In this document: piece by piece, positions 61,540 to 64,000 of the stretch | Position numbering within the stretch: the first letter of the stretch is position 1 | Layout: every line of letters starts with the position of its first letter | Source of the DNA: a bacterium | GTDB taxonomy: Bacteria > Pseudomonadota > Gammaproteobacteria > GCA-002705445 > GCA-002716945 | Length of the DNA stretch: 64,000 nucleotides | Assembly: GCA_029979505.1 (NCBI GenBank) | Contig: JAPOHH010000002.1 | Coordinates: 118 to 64,117, forward strand | Direction: 5' to 3' | The notes under the pieces: model-generated | The model's database searches: none | Seen by the model: only the letters and a program-made list of their open reading frames with translations | What the model was told of the DNA's origin: nothing | Translations under genes and position numbers: made by a program

Positions 61540-64000
61540 ACAAACAGATATCAATAGTGTATTAGTTATCGGAGCAGGCCCAATTGTGATAGGGCAAGCA
61601 TGTGAATTTGACTATTCGGGTGTGCAAGCATGTAAGGCGCTTAGAGAAGAGGGTATAAAAACTATATTGGTGAATTCAAATCCTGCAACAATTATGACTG
61701 ATCCAGATATGGCGGATAAGATTTATATAGAGCCAATACATTGGAGAAATATTGAAAAAATAATTGCTATTGAAAAACCTGATGCAATCCTACCTACTAT
61801 GGGGGGGCAAACAGCCCTAAACACGACACTAGACTTAAATAGGCATAAGATTTTGAAAAAATATAACGTCAAGATAATTGGCGCTAGTGTTGACTCCATA
61901 GATATGGCTGAAGACAGAGAGTTATTTAAAAATGCAATGACTGATATTGGTCTCGAAACTCCAAGAGCATTTGTTGCAAAAGATTTTGAGAAAGCACGCT
62001 CAATTCAAAAAGATATCGGATTTCCTATTATCATAAGACCATCATTTACACTTGGTGGATCTGGAGGTGGTATTGCGTATAACAAGCAAGACTTTGAGAA
62101 GATTGTTAAGAGAGGTCTAGATTTATCTCCAACAAATGAGGTTCTTTTGGAAGAGTCAGTAATTGGGTGGAAAGAATTTGAGATGGAAGTTGTAAGAGAT
62201 AAAAATGATAATTGTATAATTATTTGCTCTATTGAGAATTTAGATCCTATGGGTGTTCACACTGGAGATTCAATTACTATTGCGCCTGCTCAAACTCTTA
62301 CAGATAAAGAGTATCAGAATCTTAGAAATCAATCGATTAAAGTACTTAGGAAAATTGGGGTAGATACCGGCGGATCAAATGTGCAATTTGCTGTAAATCC
62401 TGATAACGGAAAAATTTATGTTATTGAAATGAATCCTAGAGTGTCAAGATCTTCTGCACTTGCCTCTAAAGCAACAGGATTTCCGATAGCAAAGGTAGCT
62501 GCAAAACTAGCCATAGGTTACACTTTGGATGAATTAAGAAATGAAATTACTGGTAACATTATTCCGTCATCATTTGAGCCTAGTATAGATTATGTAGTTA
62601 CCAAGATACCTCGTTTTGCATTTGAGAAATTCAAAGAAGCTGATGCTCATTTAACAACACAAATGAAATCAGTTGGTGAGGTGATGGCTATTGGTGGATC
62701 ATTTAAAGAGTCTCTCCAAAAAGCTCTAAGAGGCTTAGAAATTGGCATAGATGGCTTTGATGAAATCAATTTTGAAGAGTCATTGTCAGCTAAAGAAAGA
62801 CAAGACTTAATAGTTAAGGAAATTTCCACTCCTTCTGCGAACAGAATTTTATATGTGGCTCAAGCCTTCAGAGAGGGGATGACTGTGGATAATGTATTCC
62901 ACTTATCGTTTATTGATAGATGGTTTCTTAATCAAATATTTGAATTAATTACTAATGAAGGTGCAATAAAAAATAAATCATTTGAACTAAACGCACAGAA
63001 TTTAACCACTTTAAAGTCTAACGGTTTTTCGGATCGTAGATTAGCAAAGCTTTATTCTAAAGATGAGAAAGACATTAGAACGTTTAGGAAAGAAAATTCC
63101 ATTAACCCTGTCTTTAAAAGAATAGATACTTGCGCTGCAGAATTTGAGTCATCAACAGCATATATGTATTCAACATATTCTTCATTTTGCGAGTCTAATC
63201 CGACTGATAATAAAAAAATTATCATTCTTGGTGGTGGGCCAAACAGAATTGGTCAAGGAATAGAATTTGATTATTGTTGTGTTCATGCATCTATGGCACT
63301 CAAGGATGCTGGTTATGAAACAATTATGATAAATTGTAACCCTGAGACAGTTTCAACTGATTACGATACATCAGACAGGCTATATTTTGAGCCACTGACA
63401 GTTGAAGATGTATTGTCCATTATAGATATTGAGAGACCTTGGGGAGTAATTGTTCAGTATGGAGGACAAACACCATTAAAACTTGCTGATGAATTAGAGA
63501 AATGTGGGGTAAGCATTATCGGGACTTCTCCTGATTCCATTGATCTTGCAGAAGATAGAGAGAGATTTAAGACTTTGATAGAGTCAATTAATCTCAAACA
63601 ACCTCTCAATGAAACTGTAACAAACTTTGAGCAAGCAAAAAAATCTGCTGACCAGATTGGTTACCCGTTAGTTGTTAGACCATCATATGTCTTAGGAGGT
63701 CGGGCAATGGAAATAGTTACCAATAACACCGATTTAGAGAAGTATATGAAAGAAGCAGTAAATGTCTCTGAAGACTCGCCAATACTACTAGATAAATTTC
63801 TCAATGATGCTATTGAAGTTGACATAGACTTACTTTGTGACGGAAAGGATGTTTATGTGGCAGGTATAATGGAACACATCGAAGAAGCTGGTATTCATTC
63901 TGGTGATTCCGGGTGCTCATTACCACCTTATACATTGAGCGAAGACATAGTAGATGAATTAAAAGAGCAATCAAAAAAACTAGCACTAGCACTTAAAGTT
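61531..64000 (+). CDS. carB: Carbamoyl-phosphate synthase large subunit CarB (5' partial, runs off the window end)
   Basis: '[30 protein letters not shown]' canonical CarB N-terminus; open frame continues to the window edge (no stop, hence absent from the ORF track). Confidence 0.85.

Noticed and set aside
1-64000. CRISPR arrays, tRNA/rRNA genes, transposases, integrases, phage genes
   Set aside because: I scanned the intergenic gaps (1-302, 8648-8787, 9892-10134, 10504-10677, 12046-12213, 18700-19043, 20726-20840, 36860-37002, 59418-59484, 60316-60414). None has tRNA-like cloverleaf GC stems or regularly spaced direct repeats, and no ORF resembles mobile-element proteins.

Overview
This is an AT-rich (about 30-35% GC), tightly packed chromosomal window with gammaproteobacterial core-genome organisation. 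The gammaproteobacterial assignment rests on conserved gene arrangements: petABC followed by sspA, the kdsD-kdsC-lptC-lptB-rpoN-ptsN run, nrdAB, and porins ending in a C-terminal Phe. Almost every base is coding and many neighbouring genes overlap by 1-10 codons, which indicates a streamlined genome. I found no rRNA, tRNA, CRISPR array, transposase or integrase. The most interesting parts are listed below.

1. The Pho regulon is split (phoR, pstS, MIP channel, pstCAB, phoU, phoB, arsC, porin). A divergent aquaporin-family channel sits between pstS and pstC, and a thioredoxin-type arsenate reductase is coupled to phoB. This looks like arsenate detoxification wired into phosphate-starvation control.
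2. A cobalamin riboswitch is followed by btuB and then a small 6-TM protein. That protein is a candidate BtuM-like or other alternative inner-membrane B12 importer.
3. A malyl-CoA lyase and malate thiokinase cluster (mcl-mtkA-mtkB) is present.
4. The LPS-transport/rpoN locus lacks lptA, hpf and rapZ, but carries a regulatory PTS made of EIIA-Ntr, EIIA-Man, NPr and EI.
5. A perfect NrdR-box palindrome lies upstream of nrdA.
6. A DAHP synthase is embedded in a murA-hisG-X-hisD operon.
7. There are a few GC-rich hairpins and a recurring 14-17 nt motif (TTTATATATACCTG).

Everything was read by eye from the sequence; no database searches were run.
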